Shown here piece after piece: positions 38,788 to 47,545 of a stretch of 64,000 nt of DNA (the first letter of the stretch is position 1; each line of letters starts with the position of its first letter). The position numbers and the translations under genes were made by a program. Where the stretch lies: the IMG/VR virus record IMGVR_UViG_2894352420_000001, positions 1 to 64,000 of that record. One strand, given 5' to 3'. The stretch is from a virus. Taxonomy: Duplodnaviria; Caudoviricetes. The notes under the pieces are model-generated. The model was not told where the DNA came from, made no database searches, and saw nothing but the letters and a program-made list of their open reading frames with translations.

Positions 38788-39979
38788 GGTTTTTGATTCA
38801 CTAAATGCTTCATTCTTGTCTGAAAAATATAATGTGTTTGTTCTGGAAGGAGGTTCCAGAAGTTCGAAAACGCATAGTATTATCCAGTTTTGGATTAGAT
38901 GGGCATATATAAACGAGTCTAGGACAAAGCGTGTGGTGGTTGCACGTTTGAAAGGAACATGGCTAAATGGTACCGTTTATAAAGACTTCATTGACGTTTT
39001 AAAAGGGTACGGATTATATGATCGTAAGTCTGAAAATAAAACCAATAAAATCTACACCTTATTTGGTACAGAGTTCTGGTTTGTTGGTTTGGATGATCCT
39101 CAGAAAATACATGGTATGCAAACTGACGCTTTCTGGATAAACGAAGCTGTGGAAGCTTCAAAAGACTCATACGATCAGCTAATGCAACGTTGTAAGGGTT
39201 TTGCGATACTTGATTACAACCCCAGTGAAGAAGAACACTGGATTTACGACAGTGTTTGTAAGCGCGAGAAAACATGGTATTCGCATAGCACTATGCTTGA
39301 CAATCGACTGATCCCTAAAAATGCCAAAGAACAAATTCTATCATATGAGCCTACACCTGATAATTATAAAAATGGTACTGTCGATAAGCGCAAATGGCTG
39401 ATATACGGGCTAGGCAAACGTGCTAAAATTGAAGGTCTCGTTTTTGAAAATTGGGAGATTGTTCCGGAAATACCAAGCATGGCAATTCAGTACCAGGGGC
39501 TCGATTTTGGTTATACTAATGATGTAACAGCGCTGGAAAATGTAGGAATCTGGAAGGGAGAAAATAGTCTGTACATGGATGAGCTGTGTTATAAAACCCA
39601 CATGACTTCCAGCGATATAATAAATACTTTAAAATCTGTAAATCGAAACCGCAAGATTTGGAGTGAAAGCGCCGACCCTCGTTTAGTTAATGAGATATTC
39701 GTTGCCGGATTTAATATTCATGCCGTCCAAAAATATCAAGGTTCTGTAAAAGCTGGCATTGACAAGATGAAATCAATGAAATTATTTGTCACCGAAGGTT
39801 CATTGAATATAATAAAGGAATTAAAAAACTATACGTATAAGCAGGACAAAAATGGCGTATGGCTGAATGAACCTATAGATGCATGGAATCACAGTATTGA
39901 TGGATCTCGATATGTGGTAATGTCTGAATTACTTGGCAAGCCAGAGCCAAAAAGAAATCTTGGAAGTTTTTTACGATAA
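38768..39979 (+). CDS. terL: Terminase large subunit (PBSX family)
   Basis: LEGGSRSSKT, FWINEA, LDYNP, GLDFGYTND, NHSIDGSRY. Confidence 0.93.
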   Translation: MIGITTKVFDSLNASFLSEKYNVFVLEGGSRSSKTHSIIQFWIRWAYINESRTKRVVVARLKGTWLNGTVYKDFIDVLKGYGLYDRKSENKTNKIYTLFGTEFWFVGLDDPQKIHGMQTDAFWINEAVEASKDSYDQLMQRCKGFAILDYNPSEEEHWIYDSVCKREKTWYSHSTMLDNRLIPKNAKEQILSYEPTPDNYKNGTVDKRKWLIYGLGKRAKIEGLVFENWEIVPEIPSMAIQYQGLDFGYTNDVTALENVGIWKGENSLYMDELCYKTHMTSSDIINTLKSVNRNRKIWSESADPRLVNEIFVAGFNIHAVQKYQGSVKAGIDKMKSMKLFVTEGSLNIIKELKNYTYKQDKNGVWLNEPIDAWNHSIDGSRYVVMSELLGKPEPKRNLGSFLR

Positions 39980-39990
39980 TACACACACTA

Positions 39991-41433
39991 ATGAATTACG
40001 AAACTCTTAAACAGTGGCTGAATCAGGTTTCTGATACAACCAAGCTTATAAATATTTTGTGCTCCCAAGGAAAGGATTTCAAAATTGAAGATCTGAAAAA
40101 ACAGTGGGATGTAAAGGAACACGCAGTAATGAATGAGTCTATCCGTCCTAAAAGAACTGTTAATTACGAATATGATGAATCCGATGGGAATGGTGGTTTT
40201 GTAACAAAAACTGGTACAAAACAGGAGTATGTTAATCGCATCCCTGTACCAATGCAAAAAAACATCGTTGGCAAAGCTGTTACATTCCTGTTTGGTAATC
40301 CCGTAGATATCCAGTCAGATGCAGCTTCTCCAGAGGAAATATTGGTTCTTGACGCTATAAAAAAGATTCTTGACGACAATAAAACGGATAGCCAAAACAG
40401 AGTAATAGCCAAAAATCTATTCAAAAGTACTCAGGTAGTAGAGATTTGGTATCCTGAACTGAAAGAAGAAGAGCACGAAGATTATGGATTTAAAACAAAA
40501 TTCAGGCTTCGTTTGTCAATTTTTAGTCCATGGGACGGAAGTGAACTCTATCCCTATTTTGATGAAAAAGGAGATCTCATCGCTTTTAGCAGGTTGTTTG
40601 TCATTAAAGATGATGAAAACAAAAATGTTAAACATTTTGAATGTTATACCTCCGATAACTATTATTTATGGCAGAATAATCAGCAAGGCTGGACTTTAAG
40701 TAAAAAAACACCAAACATTTTAAAACGAATTCCACTGGTTTTTGCGGAGCAGGAAGATGCGGAATGGGCCGATGTGCAATTTGCTATCGAAAGGCTTGAA
40801 ATTCTTCTTTCTAGTCATGGAGACACCAATGATTATAATGGATCCCCGACGGTTGTCGCAGAAGGTCAAATTTTAAGTTTGGGAAAAAAAGGAGAACAGG
40901 GAAAAGTAATAGAAGTTGAGAAAGGTGGTAAAGTTGGCCTTATGGTTTGGGAAGGAGCGCCGGAATCTATTAGAATGGAAGTTGAAAACATGTTTAAGGT
41001 GATACTTACCTACACCCAAACACCAGATATATCATTCGAAGCTGTTAAAGGAATGGGGGCCATCTCCGGCATCGCTCTACGCTTATTATTTATGGATGCA
41101 CATTTAAAGGTCATGGATAAGCGTGAGACATTTGATCCCTATCTAAAACGCCGTTTAAATATTATAAAATCATTTGTCGGCTCGATGAACGTTGCCTGGG
41201 CAAAAACGGCTAGCAAGCTTAAAGTTGATGCTGAAATTATTCCATATACTATAAAAGACGTAATGGAAGAAATTAACGCCTTGGTCGTTGCAAACGGCGG
41301 TAAACCAATTATAAGTCAGATGCAGTCAGTAAATAAAGCTGGTTTAGTTTCTGATCCAGTTGCTGATTTTAAACAGATCCAGGAAGAAACAACTACGGCA
41401 AACACCTTTAGTATTTCAGGGCCGACGATATAA
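39991..41433 (+). CDS. Portal protein, SPP1 family
   Basis: 480 aa after terL; YTQTPDISFE...SGIALRLLF motif. Confidence 0.9.
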   Translation: MNYETLKQWLNQVSDTTKLINILCSQGKDFKIEDLKKQWDVKEHAVMNESIRPKRTVNYEYDESDGNGGFVTKTGTKQEYVNRIPVPMQKNIVGKAVTFLFGNPVDIQSDAASPEEILVLDAIKKILDDNKTDSQNRVIAKNLFKSTQVVEIWYPELKEEEHEDYGFKTKFRLRLSIFSPWDGSELYPYFDEKGDLIAFSRLFVIKDDENKNVKHFECYTSDNYYLWQNNQQGWTLSKKTPNILKRIPLVFAEQEDAEWADVQFAIERLEILLSSHGDTNDYNGSPTVVAEGQILSLGKKGEQGKVIEVEKGGKVGLMVWEGAPESIRMEVENMFKVILTYTQTPDISFEAVKGMGAISGIALRLLFMDAHLKVMDKRETFDPYLKRRLNIIKSFVGSMNVAWAKTASKLKVDAEIIPYTIKDVMEEINALVVANGGKPIISQMQSVNKAGLVSDPVADFKQIQEETTTANTFSISGPTI

Positions 41434-41455
41434 TTACAAAAACAGAAACAACTGA

Positions 41456-41989
41456 ATGGTCACAAAATTAGGCTACAACACAACTATTTTCGAAGGAGCA
41501 AGGGCCATTATTCAATCTGATCATGTTGCAATTGATATGATCATGTGCATGCTAGGGCGGCTAATCTCAAACGGAACATACCGGGCAGTTTATGAACATG
41601 CGTTGGATCCAACCAAGGTTATAAAGATTGAATATGGCCACGTACAAAAGACAGACCATGATTGCACAATGCAAAACAGCTACTGCAACATTCAGGAGTT
41701 TCTTATGTGGCGAGAGATAGAAGGATTGACGGGAAAACTCGAATGGGTTAAAAATTGGTTCGCTCTTATTGACTGGATAAGTCCGGGTGGCCATATTATG
41801 TGCATGGCAAAAACTTCGGAAATGCCCGAGTTAAAAAGGCCTGACAAAATACCACGTTTTATGTGGGATGTTAAACAGGATAATTTCGGATGGATTGGAG
41901 ATAAGTTCGTTTGTCATGACTATGGTCATGTTCAAGCGTTTACTTCTTACAGTACAAAAATGATGACACTAAAAGAAATTTGGGATTAA
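41456..41989 (+). CDS. Small protein-kinase-like protein
   Basis: ISNGTYRAVY (Gly loop), VIK, QEF, DVKQDNFG (catalytic loop), HDYG (DFG-like). Confidence 0.65.
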   Translation: MVTKLGYNTTIFEGARAIIQSDHVAIDMIMCMLGRLISNGTYRAVYEHALDPTKVIKIEYGHVQKTDHDCTMQNSYCNIQEFLMWREIEGLTGKLEWVKNWFALIDWISPGGHIMCMAKTSEMPELKRPDKIPRFMWDVKQDNFGWIGDKFVCHDYGHVQAFTSYSTKMMTLKEIWD

Positions 41990-42030
41990 TAATTCAATTA
42001 TGGCGAATTCGCCATAATTAAACACACACT

Positions 42031-43752
42031 ATGTCAAAGCCTCGTAACTGGGAAGCTGACCATTTAAATAACGTTGAAGCATTCGCACAAAAAGTAAGAC
42101 TCCTTTACTTCAATGCGATCAAGGAAGCGGTGCGTATGGGCCTGTCGGTAAACTTTAATCCGGATAAGCCTTTTGCTTTCTCAGACTTTCCCGCTTTAAA
42201 TGACCGGGTAAAAAATCTATTCGAATCTCTTTCCGGGAAGATGCTGGCGACGATAGATTCGGGCACTCAGCACGAATGGTTATTGTCTGCATCGAAAAAC
42301 GATGATCTGGTGAATTCAATCATCAAATCTACCAAGTTCCCGAAGGAAACAATCGATCGCTACATGGACCGGAATCTGGACGCCTTGAAGGCATTTCAGT
42401 CCAGAAAATCCGAAGGTTTAAATCTTTCCGACCGTGTGTGGAAACTAACTGATCAGTTCAAACAGGAATTGGAGCTTGGTCTTGATGTCGGAATGGCAGA
42501 AGGAAAATCCGCAGCGGATCTTGCCCGGGATATTCAGTCCTACCTTAATGATCCGGATAAACTTTTTAGACGGGTTAGAGATGCGCGAGGAGTCCTTCAT
42601 CTTTCCAAGGCAGCAAAGGCCTATTCTCCCGGTCAAGGTGTTTACAGGAGCAGCTTCAAAAATGCAATGCGGGTCACCAGGTCCGAGATCAACATGGCCT
42701 ACCGTACGTCTGATCATGAGCGCTGGCAAAATCTTGATTTCGTTGTCGGATTTGAAGTGCGCAGAAGTAATAATCCGTTCCCATGTGTGGTTTGCGAAAG
42801 CCTGAAAGGCAGATATCCAAAAACTTTCAGGTTTAGGCAGTGGCATCCGCAATGCCGCTGTAATTGTGTTTCAATTCTGGCTACCAAGGAGGAAATTGAT
42901 AACCTGACCGACATAATTTTGAACGGTGATGATACTTCCGGATTTAAATCAGTCAATGAGATTACACAAATGCCGGAAGGATGGACAGAATGGATATCCG
43001 AAAACAAAGACCGGTTGCTTCGTGCCAAATCGCAGCCCTATTTCATAAAAGACAATTTTAAAAATGGAACCGTAACAGGCGGTCTTAATTTTGCCATAGG
43101 CAAGAAACCGGTTGTGATCAAATTGGATCCAGTTGTTGCCGATCCAAAATATACGCCTTCTAGCATTGGTGAATATGAAAAGAAATACGATGTTAAGATC
43201 AACCGTGATATTTTCTCAAAATTAAAAAGCGATGTGCCGATGACAACGAGCAAAGCGAAAGGATCGCATTACGATCCGGTTGCCAAAGCCGTCAATATTA
43301 AACCTGATAAACGCCTTGATCAAAGTAAATGGGAGCAAGAATCTATCATTTACCACGAATACGGTCATGCTGTGGACTGGGCAAATGGCATCAGGGACAC
43401 TAAGGAAGTTAAAAACTTGATGACAAAATTCCGAAAGGATTTGCAGGCCAATCGGTCACAGGGATATATGGACTTACAAAATAAATGGAAAGATGCCTAT
43501 ATAAATGCAGACAAAGCAGATCACGACACGATTGAAAAAATCGGAGCATTTGCAGATACTCTGATGTCGTTAAATCCTGGATACGGTTTTGGTCATACAA
43601 AAGCCTACTTTGCTCACACAGGTAAAAAAGAAGCAGAGTTTATCGCACATGCCTTTGAGAATAAATTTGCAGGCAATAGCGTTTTCAAGGAAATAGCGCC
43701 AGAGCTTTATGAAGCGATGATTAATCTGATTGACGAGTTCCTGGCTAAATAA
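42031..43752 (+). CDS. MuF (SPP1 gp7-like) minor head protein with a C-terminal zincin-like domain
   Basis: LSDRVW, RVTRSEINMAY, WHPQCRC MuF motifs; C-terminal YHEYGHAVD and EFIAHAF. Confidence 0.8.
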   Translation: MSKPRNWEADHLNNVEAFAQKVRLLYFNAIKEAVRMGLSVNFNPDKPFAFSDFPALNDRVKNLFESLSGKMLATIDSGTQHEWLLSASKNDDLVNSIIKSTKFPKETIDRYMDRNLDALKAFQSRKSEGLNLSDRVWKLTDQFKQELELGLDVGMAEGKSAADLARDIQSYLNDPDKLFRRVRDARGVLHLSKAAKAYSPGQGVYRSSFKNAMRVTRSEINMAYRTSDHERWQNLDFVVGFEVRRSNNPFPCVVCESLKGRYPKTFRFRQWHPQCRCNCVSILATKEEIDNLTDIILNGDDTSGFKSVNEITQMPEGWTEWISENKDRLLRAKSQPYFIKDNFKNGTVTGGLNFAIGKKPVVIKLDPVVADPKYTPSSIGEYEKKYDVKINRDIFSKLKSDVPMTTSKAKGSHYDPVAKAVNIKPDKRLDQSKWEQESIIYHEYGHAVDWANGIRDTKEVKNLMTKFRKDLQANRSQGYMDLQNKWKDAYINADKADHDTIEKIGAFADTLMSLNPGYGFGHTKAYFAHTGKKEAEFIAHAFENKFAGNSVFKEIAPELYEAMINLIDEFLAK

Positions 43753-43948
43753 ACTCAATCTCGGAGTGTTCTCCAACAATACCTTCTGGCAGTTCAACTA
43801 ATCCTATTTTTTTGCCCTGACTTTCTGCCTCTTCCAGTTTTTTAAAGAATACTTCATCATCAGCCATTACCATACGTGCAGTCCATAGGGTCTGTGCGTA
43901 TTCATTTTTGAGGTCAGTATACTTGTCGAATAATTCTTGTCCAGTCAT
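43745..43948 (-). CDS. Hypothetical protein
   Basis: 67-aa acidic ORF convergent on MuF. Confidence 0.5.
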   Translation of the reverse strand: MTGQELFDKYTDLKNEYAQTLWTARMVMADDEVFFKKLEEAESQGKKIGLVELPEGIVGEHSEIEFI

Positions 43949-43954
43949 TTTAAT

Positions 43955-44440
43955 TTACAAAGATTCGTGATAAGATTTGTCTGTTTGATCCATTCTTTTT
44001 CTGGCTGTTTCAACGGCATCTTCTTCATTTTCGCCAAAAAATGTTCCTTCCGCATATCCGAAACCCTTTTCATTTGGGAAATAAAAGACCGGTTCCTGAA
44101 AATTTATTGCTGTCCTTATTTCATGTACAATTCCTAGTTCATCAATATTCATCCAAAATAAGCCACCTGACTTTAAAGCATCCTTCTCATATTCGTCTAA
44201 TGTGATCTGACTCAATCCTGATTCAGGCAACTTTTTACACATCGCTGTGGCTGATTTGTAGTCAGAAAAATAACCCAAGGTTGCATATTCGTTTTCTTCA
44301 TTTGGTGATGACACCTCGTAAATGAATTGATATCCATTATCAAATTTCGATTTGAATGCAGCCATTGCATTTTCAGGATCAATGCCTTTAAATACTTCCG
44401 AGGAGAAGAATTCTTTTAATTGATTTTCGTTTGGCATCAT
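43955..44440 (-). CDS. Hypothetical protein
   Basis: 161-aa ORF. Confidence 0.6.
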   Translation of the reverse strand: MMPNENQLKEFFSSEVFKGIDPENAMAAFKSKFDNGYQFIYEVSSPNEENEYATLGYFSDYKSATAMCKKLPESGLSQITLDEYEKDALKSGGLFWMNIDELGIVHEIRTAINFQEPVFYFPNEKGFGYAEGTFFGENEEDAVETARKRMDQTDKSYHESL

Positions 44441-44442
44441 AA

Positions 44443-44781
44443 CTAATCATGTTTTAATGGTACCCCAATTAAAATTTCCCTTGAACAATTGCCAGTCAAA
44501 TAGTCGCAAGCTAATACGGCGATAGCCCTTCCCTGGATTGATTTCGCGCTGATCCTTCGATAATCCTTGATGTCATCAACCAATATGTCAACCGCTTCTT
44601 CGTATCCTTCTCGGACAAAAGCGTTTATTGGCAGCATCATATCTGGCGATTCCAGTCTTTCATAAAGTAATGCGATCGTTTCTTCTATTTGCTCTTCCGT
44701 TGGAGGCCCAGCTGGCTGCATGATCAGTGGCTGTATCGGAAACTCCTGTACTATCTCATTGTTAGTCATTTGTATTGTCAA
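44443..44781 (-). CDS. Hypothetical protein
   Basis: 112-aa ORF. Confidence 0.6.
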   Translation of the reverse strand: MTIQMTNNEIVQEFPIQPLIMQPAGPPTEEQIEETIALLYERLESPDMMLPINAFVREGYEEAVDILVDDIKDYRRISAKSIQGRAIAVLACDYLTGNCSREILIGVPLKHD

Positions 44782-44852
44782 AATTTGAAGTGTAAATATA
44801 CAAAATTGGGAAATGCATAATAAACTACCGCCAGATCAGAGGACAATTCTTT

Positions 44853-45278
44853 TTATGGAGATATCGTTACGGTTTTAGAATAATCTTTGGCAGATAAGTC
44901 ATATTTCCGTTCTAAATTTTTAGCATAATTATCGTACTGTTGATAGGTTTTAAATTTACCCGTAAAATCTCTGGCCTCTTTTAAAGTTTTGGATAGAAAA
45001 GGATTTAAAACAGGTCTATCCCCCAATACAAAATATTCCACAGCTTCGTCATAAGTATAAAACCCATCTTTGGAAACCAGTACTACTAAATATCCTTCTG
45101 AGCCTCCATGTGGCAATATTTTAAACTGAAATTTTTCTTGCGGACCATGTAAAATACCTGCTTCTAAAAGATGCTTCTTTGTCCAGTTAAAACGAACCAC
45201 TCCATACCAAACATCTAATCCATCTACAATAAGAAAAGATGTAAAAAAGATAATTAAAATAAAAGCTAAAATTTTCAT
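44853..45278 (-). CDS. Hypothetical exported or membrane protein
   Basis: N-terminal hydrophobic segment; ATGA overlap with the methyltransferase gene. Confidence 0.55.
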   Translation of the reverse strand: MKILAFILIIFFTSFLIVDGLDVWYGVVRFNWTKKHLLEAGILHGPQEKFQFKILPHGGSEGYLVVLVSKDGFYTYDEAVEYFVLGDRPVLNPFLSKTLKEARDFTGKFKTYQQYDNYAKNLERKYDLSAKDYSKTVTISP

Positions 45279-46798
45279 GTTGATTGTTTTTTAGATTGTT
45301 TTTTCCAAGTTGATTCCGGTAATGGATTCCCTTTCGCTTTTCCATACGCCTGATTTAAACGTGCCCAGTCGTTTTCATCCCTGAATTCGAAGTGTCCCGT
45401 CCCTTTTTTAAAGACTTTAAACCTAAAAAAGCCCCATTCGTACCAGGTGTTTGGTTGAAACCTATTTTCATGCTTGATTATAAATGTGCCCAGAAAGTTT
45501 ACTTTTGGCGTTCCATCTGGATTTAGATGCTTATAGGTTTTGATAAGATCACCCGCTTCGTCTCTTTCGCAAGGGGCATATTTAATTTGCTCTACCTTAT
45601 CAAAGTCCTTGCCCGTAAGAAAGCAAAGTGCTTTGGTTAAATCCATGATATAACCAAAATTAGATTGATAGTCCTTTATTTGGAGTCCCTCGCGGTCGTA
45701 TCCCATTTCCGCAATCCATCCAGTAATAAATTTACGATTTAACATGTGGCCTGAATTTGTTTTCCAGCCTTCTACCTTAAAACGGTTCTCATGCGTATGC
45801 ATCGTAAACCTATCAACTGCTTCAATGATTGCTTTCTGCATATTATTATCAGAAGTTCCGACAATAATTTCCACCATTCTAAATATGTTCTTCATGGTGA
45901 AAGGATAATTAAAGCGACTTTCTACAAACTTGTTAACATCAGCCAATACTCCCTTGGTCATGTATTTTTCAAGGTTGAATTTCTTAAAAACATTTTTCCA
46001 GCATTGTTTTTGGAGCTGTCTGGCAAAAGTGTTTTTATCTCTAATCTCGCCGTCCCGAACGTCGTCATTGCCAGACATTTTAAAATTAAAACCGCCATAT
46101 TGACCAAAATCCATTTGTTTGCAAATTTGATTCAACTCTGCACCTATGTCAGAGAACTTATCAAAGCACCTTAATGCACCCGAGTAATTATTTACAAGTG
46201 CCTGTATCTCGTTATATTTAATCAATCCATCGGACTGATTAAGCTCTGGCATATCGAAATAAAAACCATCAAAATCAGGATTTGTCGCGGTCATTGGTTT
46301 GAATAGGTGAATGATTGCAACTTCTACATCCGTTGTTTTTTCAGCCTCTGTATACATCGAACCTTTGTTCTCGGCAGATCCATAATTTTTAATCAACATC
46401 GAAAGCTCGGATCGATAAGTTGAGTACGGGTTGTGGATTGTTTTATAGTTACACTGAGCAATAATTTCACAGCCTTCCGGTGCGATTTTCCATGCATGTA
46501 AAATATGTTTATCTGCGTTCGAAAACGGCGGGTTCATTAAGATCATTTGAACATGGCTAATTTGTTCATTAGATGTTTGAAACCAATCTGAGCCTATAAC
46601 ACTGTGCTTTACACCTGCCAATGTTCTAAGCTGTGGATGTTTTTCTATTGCCAGTGTGTTAGATGCTCCGGCATCGGCGGCATAGTTAAGTAAGTCTCCT
46701 TTACCTGCCGAAGGATCGAGAACTACTTTGCCGTAGCAGTCGGCATTCATCGCTTCCCATGCTGCTTTATTCGTGGGGTAGAATTCAGAATCGAACAT
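45275..46798 (-). CDS. Class I SAM-dependent amino-methyltransferase with DUF4942-like C-terminus
   Basis: EFYPT, VLDPSAGKGDL, MNPPF; FKVFKKGTGHFEF C-terminal motif. Confidence 0.82.
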   Translation of the reverse strand: MFDSEFYPTNKAAWEAMNADCYGKVVLDPSAGKGDLLNYAADAGASNTLAIEKHPQLRTLAGVKHSVIGSDWFQTSNEQISHVQMILMNPPFSNADKHILHAWKIAPEGCEIIAQCNYKTIHNPYSTYRSELSMLIKNYGSAENKGSMYTEAEKTTDVEVAIIHLFKPMTATNPDFDGFYFDMPELNQSDGLIKYNEIQALVNNYSGALRCFDKFSDIGAELNQICKQMDFGQYGGFNFKMSGNDDVRDGEIRDKNTFARQLQKQCWKNVFKKFNLEKYMTKGVLADVNKFVESRFNYPFTMKNIFRMVEIIVGTSDNNMQKAIIEAVDRFTMHTHENRFKVEGWKTNSGHMLNRKFITGWIAEMGYDREGLQIKDYQSNFGYIMDLTKALCFLTGKDFDKVEQIKYAPCERDEAGDLIKTYKHLNPDGTPKVNFLGTFIIKHENRFQPNTWYEWGFFRFKVFKKGTGHFEFRDENDWARLNQAYGKAKGNPLPESTWKKQSKKQST

Positions 46799-46806
46799 GA
46801 CATTAA

Positions 46807-46920
46807 AAATCAAAAAGCCCGAAAAGAAAAGAGTCTGGCCACTCAAATCGATTCAGGCTTTAATGAATATAGTTTAAAACATTTCAAACAGCAGCTGGCC
46901 AGAGCGGACATTTGAAATGT
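46807..46920 (-). promoter_or_regulatory. Kissing-loop leader / attenuator element C
   Basis: On - strand: 10-bp stem 46920-46911/46888-46879 with loop TCTGGCCA; terminator-like stem 46861-46852/46823-46814 with apical TGGCCAGA, then a U-rich tail. Confidence 0.7.
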
Positions 46921-46925
46921 GCCAA

Positions 46926-46969
46926 CAAATGTAAGAATTTATTATATACTTATATTATAAGTATATAAT
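46926..46969 (-). promoter_or_regulatory. -7 box plus palindromic operator copy 5
   Basis: TACATTTG (-, 46926-46933); perfect 12-bp arms ATTATATACTTA-tatta-TAAGTATATAAT (46941-46969). Confidence 0.75.
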
Positions 46970-47013
46970 AATAAGCAATAAATATGGAAATATTATTTTT
47001 AAACTAACCGAAT

Positions 47014-47045
47014 TGGATTTCTTCCATATAATTGGAAATAATCCA
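47014..47045 (+). promoter_or_regulatory. Tandem TGGA-N5-TCCA sites (Bacteroidota SOS-box-like)
   Basis: TGGAtttctTCCA (47014-47026) and TGGAaataaTCCA (47033-47045) upstream of umuD. Confidence 0.65.
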
Positions 47046-47103
47046 TTTTTTCATTGACAATATGGCTTTCTTTGATTGATCTTTGCTAAAAACTTCATCA
47101 ACT

Positions 47104-47544
47104 ATGGAAATCCCGGAGCTGTCAGAAAAACTTGAATTATTCCCTTTTACAAGTGATCACGCTATAATTCTTCCCGTTGTGGCTGGTATTAGCGCGGGAT
47201 TTCCCTCTCCGGCCGCCGACTTCATTGACGTGGCCATTGATCTAAGTAAAGAAATAGTGAAAAATCCTTCATCCACATTTCTGGGGCGCGTTAAAGGCGA
47301 CTCCATGCAAGATATCGGAATAGATGACGGCGATATTATTGTGGTGGACAAAAGCCTGCCCTATAAGGACAATTGCATTGCGGTATGTTTCATCGATCAG
47401 GAATTTACAGTCAAGCGCATACTTATCGATAAAGATATTTGCTGGCTTATTGCAGAAAATGGCAAATACCCGCCCATCCAGGTTACTTCTGAAAGCGAAT
47501 TTATCATTTGGGGCGTAGTTACCAGCGTAATTAAATTCTTCTGA
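47104..47544 (+). CDS. umuD: UmuD-like S24 peptidase
   Basis: SAGFPSPA cleavage site, GDSM, TVKR; no DNA-binding domain. Confidence 0.88.
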   Translation: MEIPELSEKLELFPFTSDHAIILPVVAGISAGFPSPAADFIDVAIDLSKEIVKNPSSTFLGRVKGDSMQDIGIDDGDIIVVDKSLPYKDNCIAVCFIDQEFTVKRILIDKDICWLIAENGKYPPIQVTSESEFIIWGVVTSVIKFF

Positions 47545-47545
47545 T

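Noticed and set aside
42432-42441. GTGTGTG inside the MuF CDS as another leader motif
   Set aside because: Wrong strand for the gene and no credible start downstream; it encodes the conserved DRVW.
47083-47544. LexA or CI repressor
   Set aside because: No N-terminal DNA-binding domain; size and position before umuC fit UmuD.
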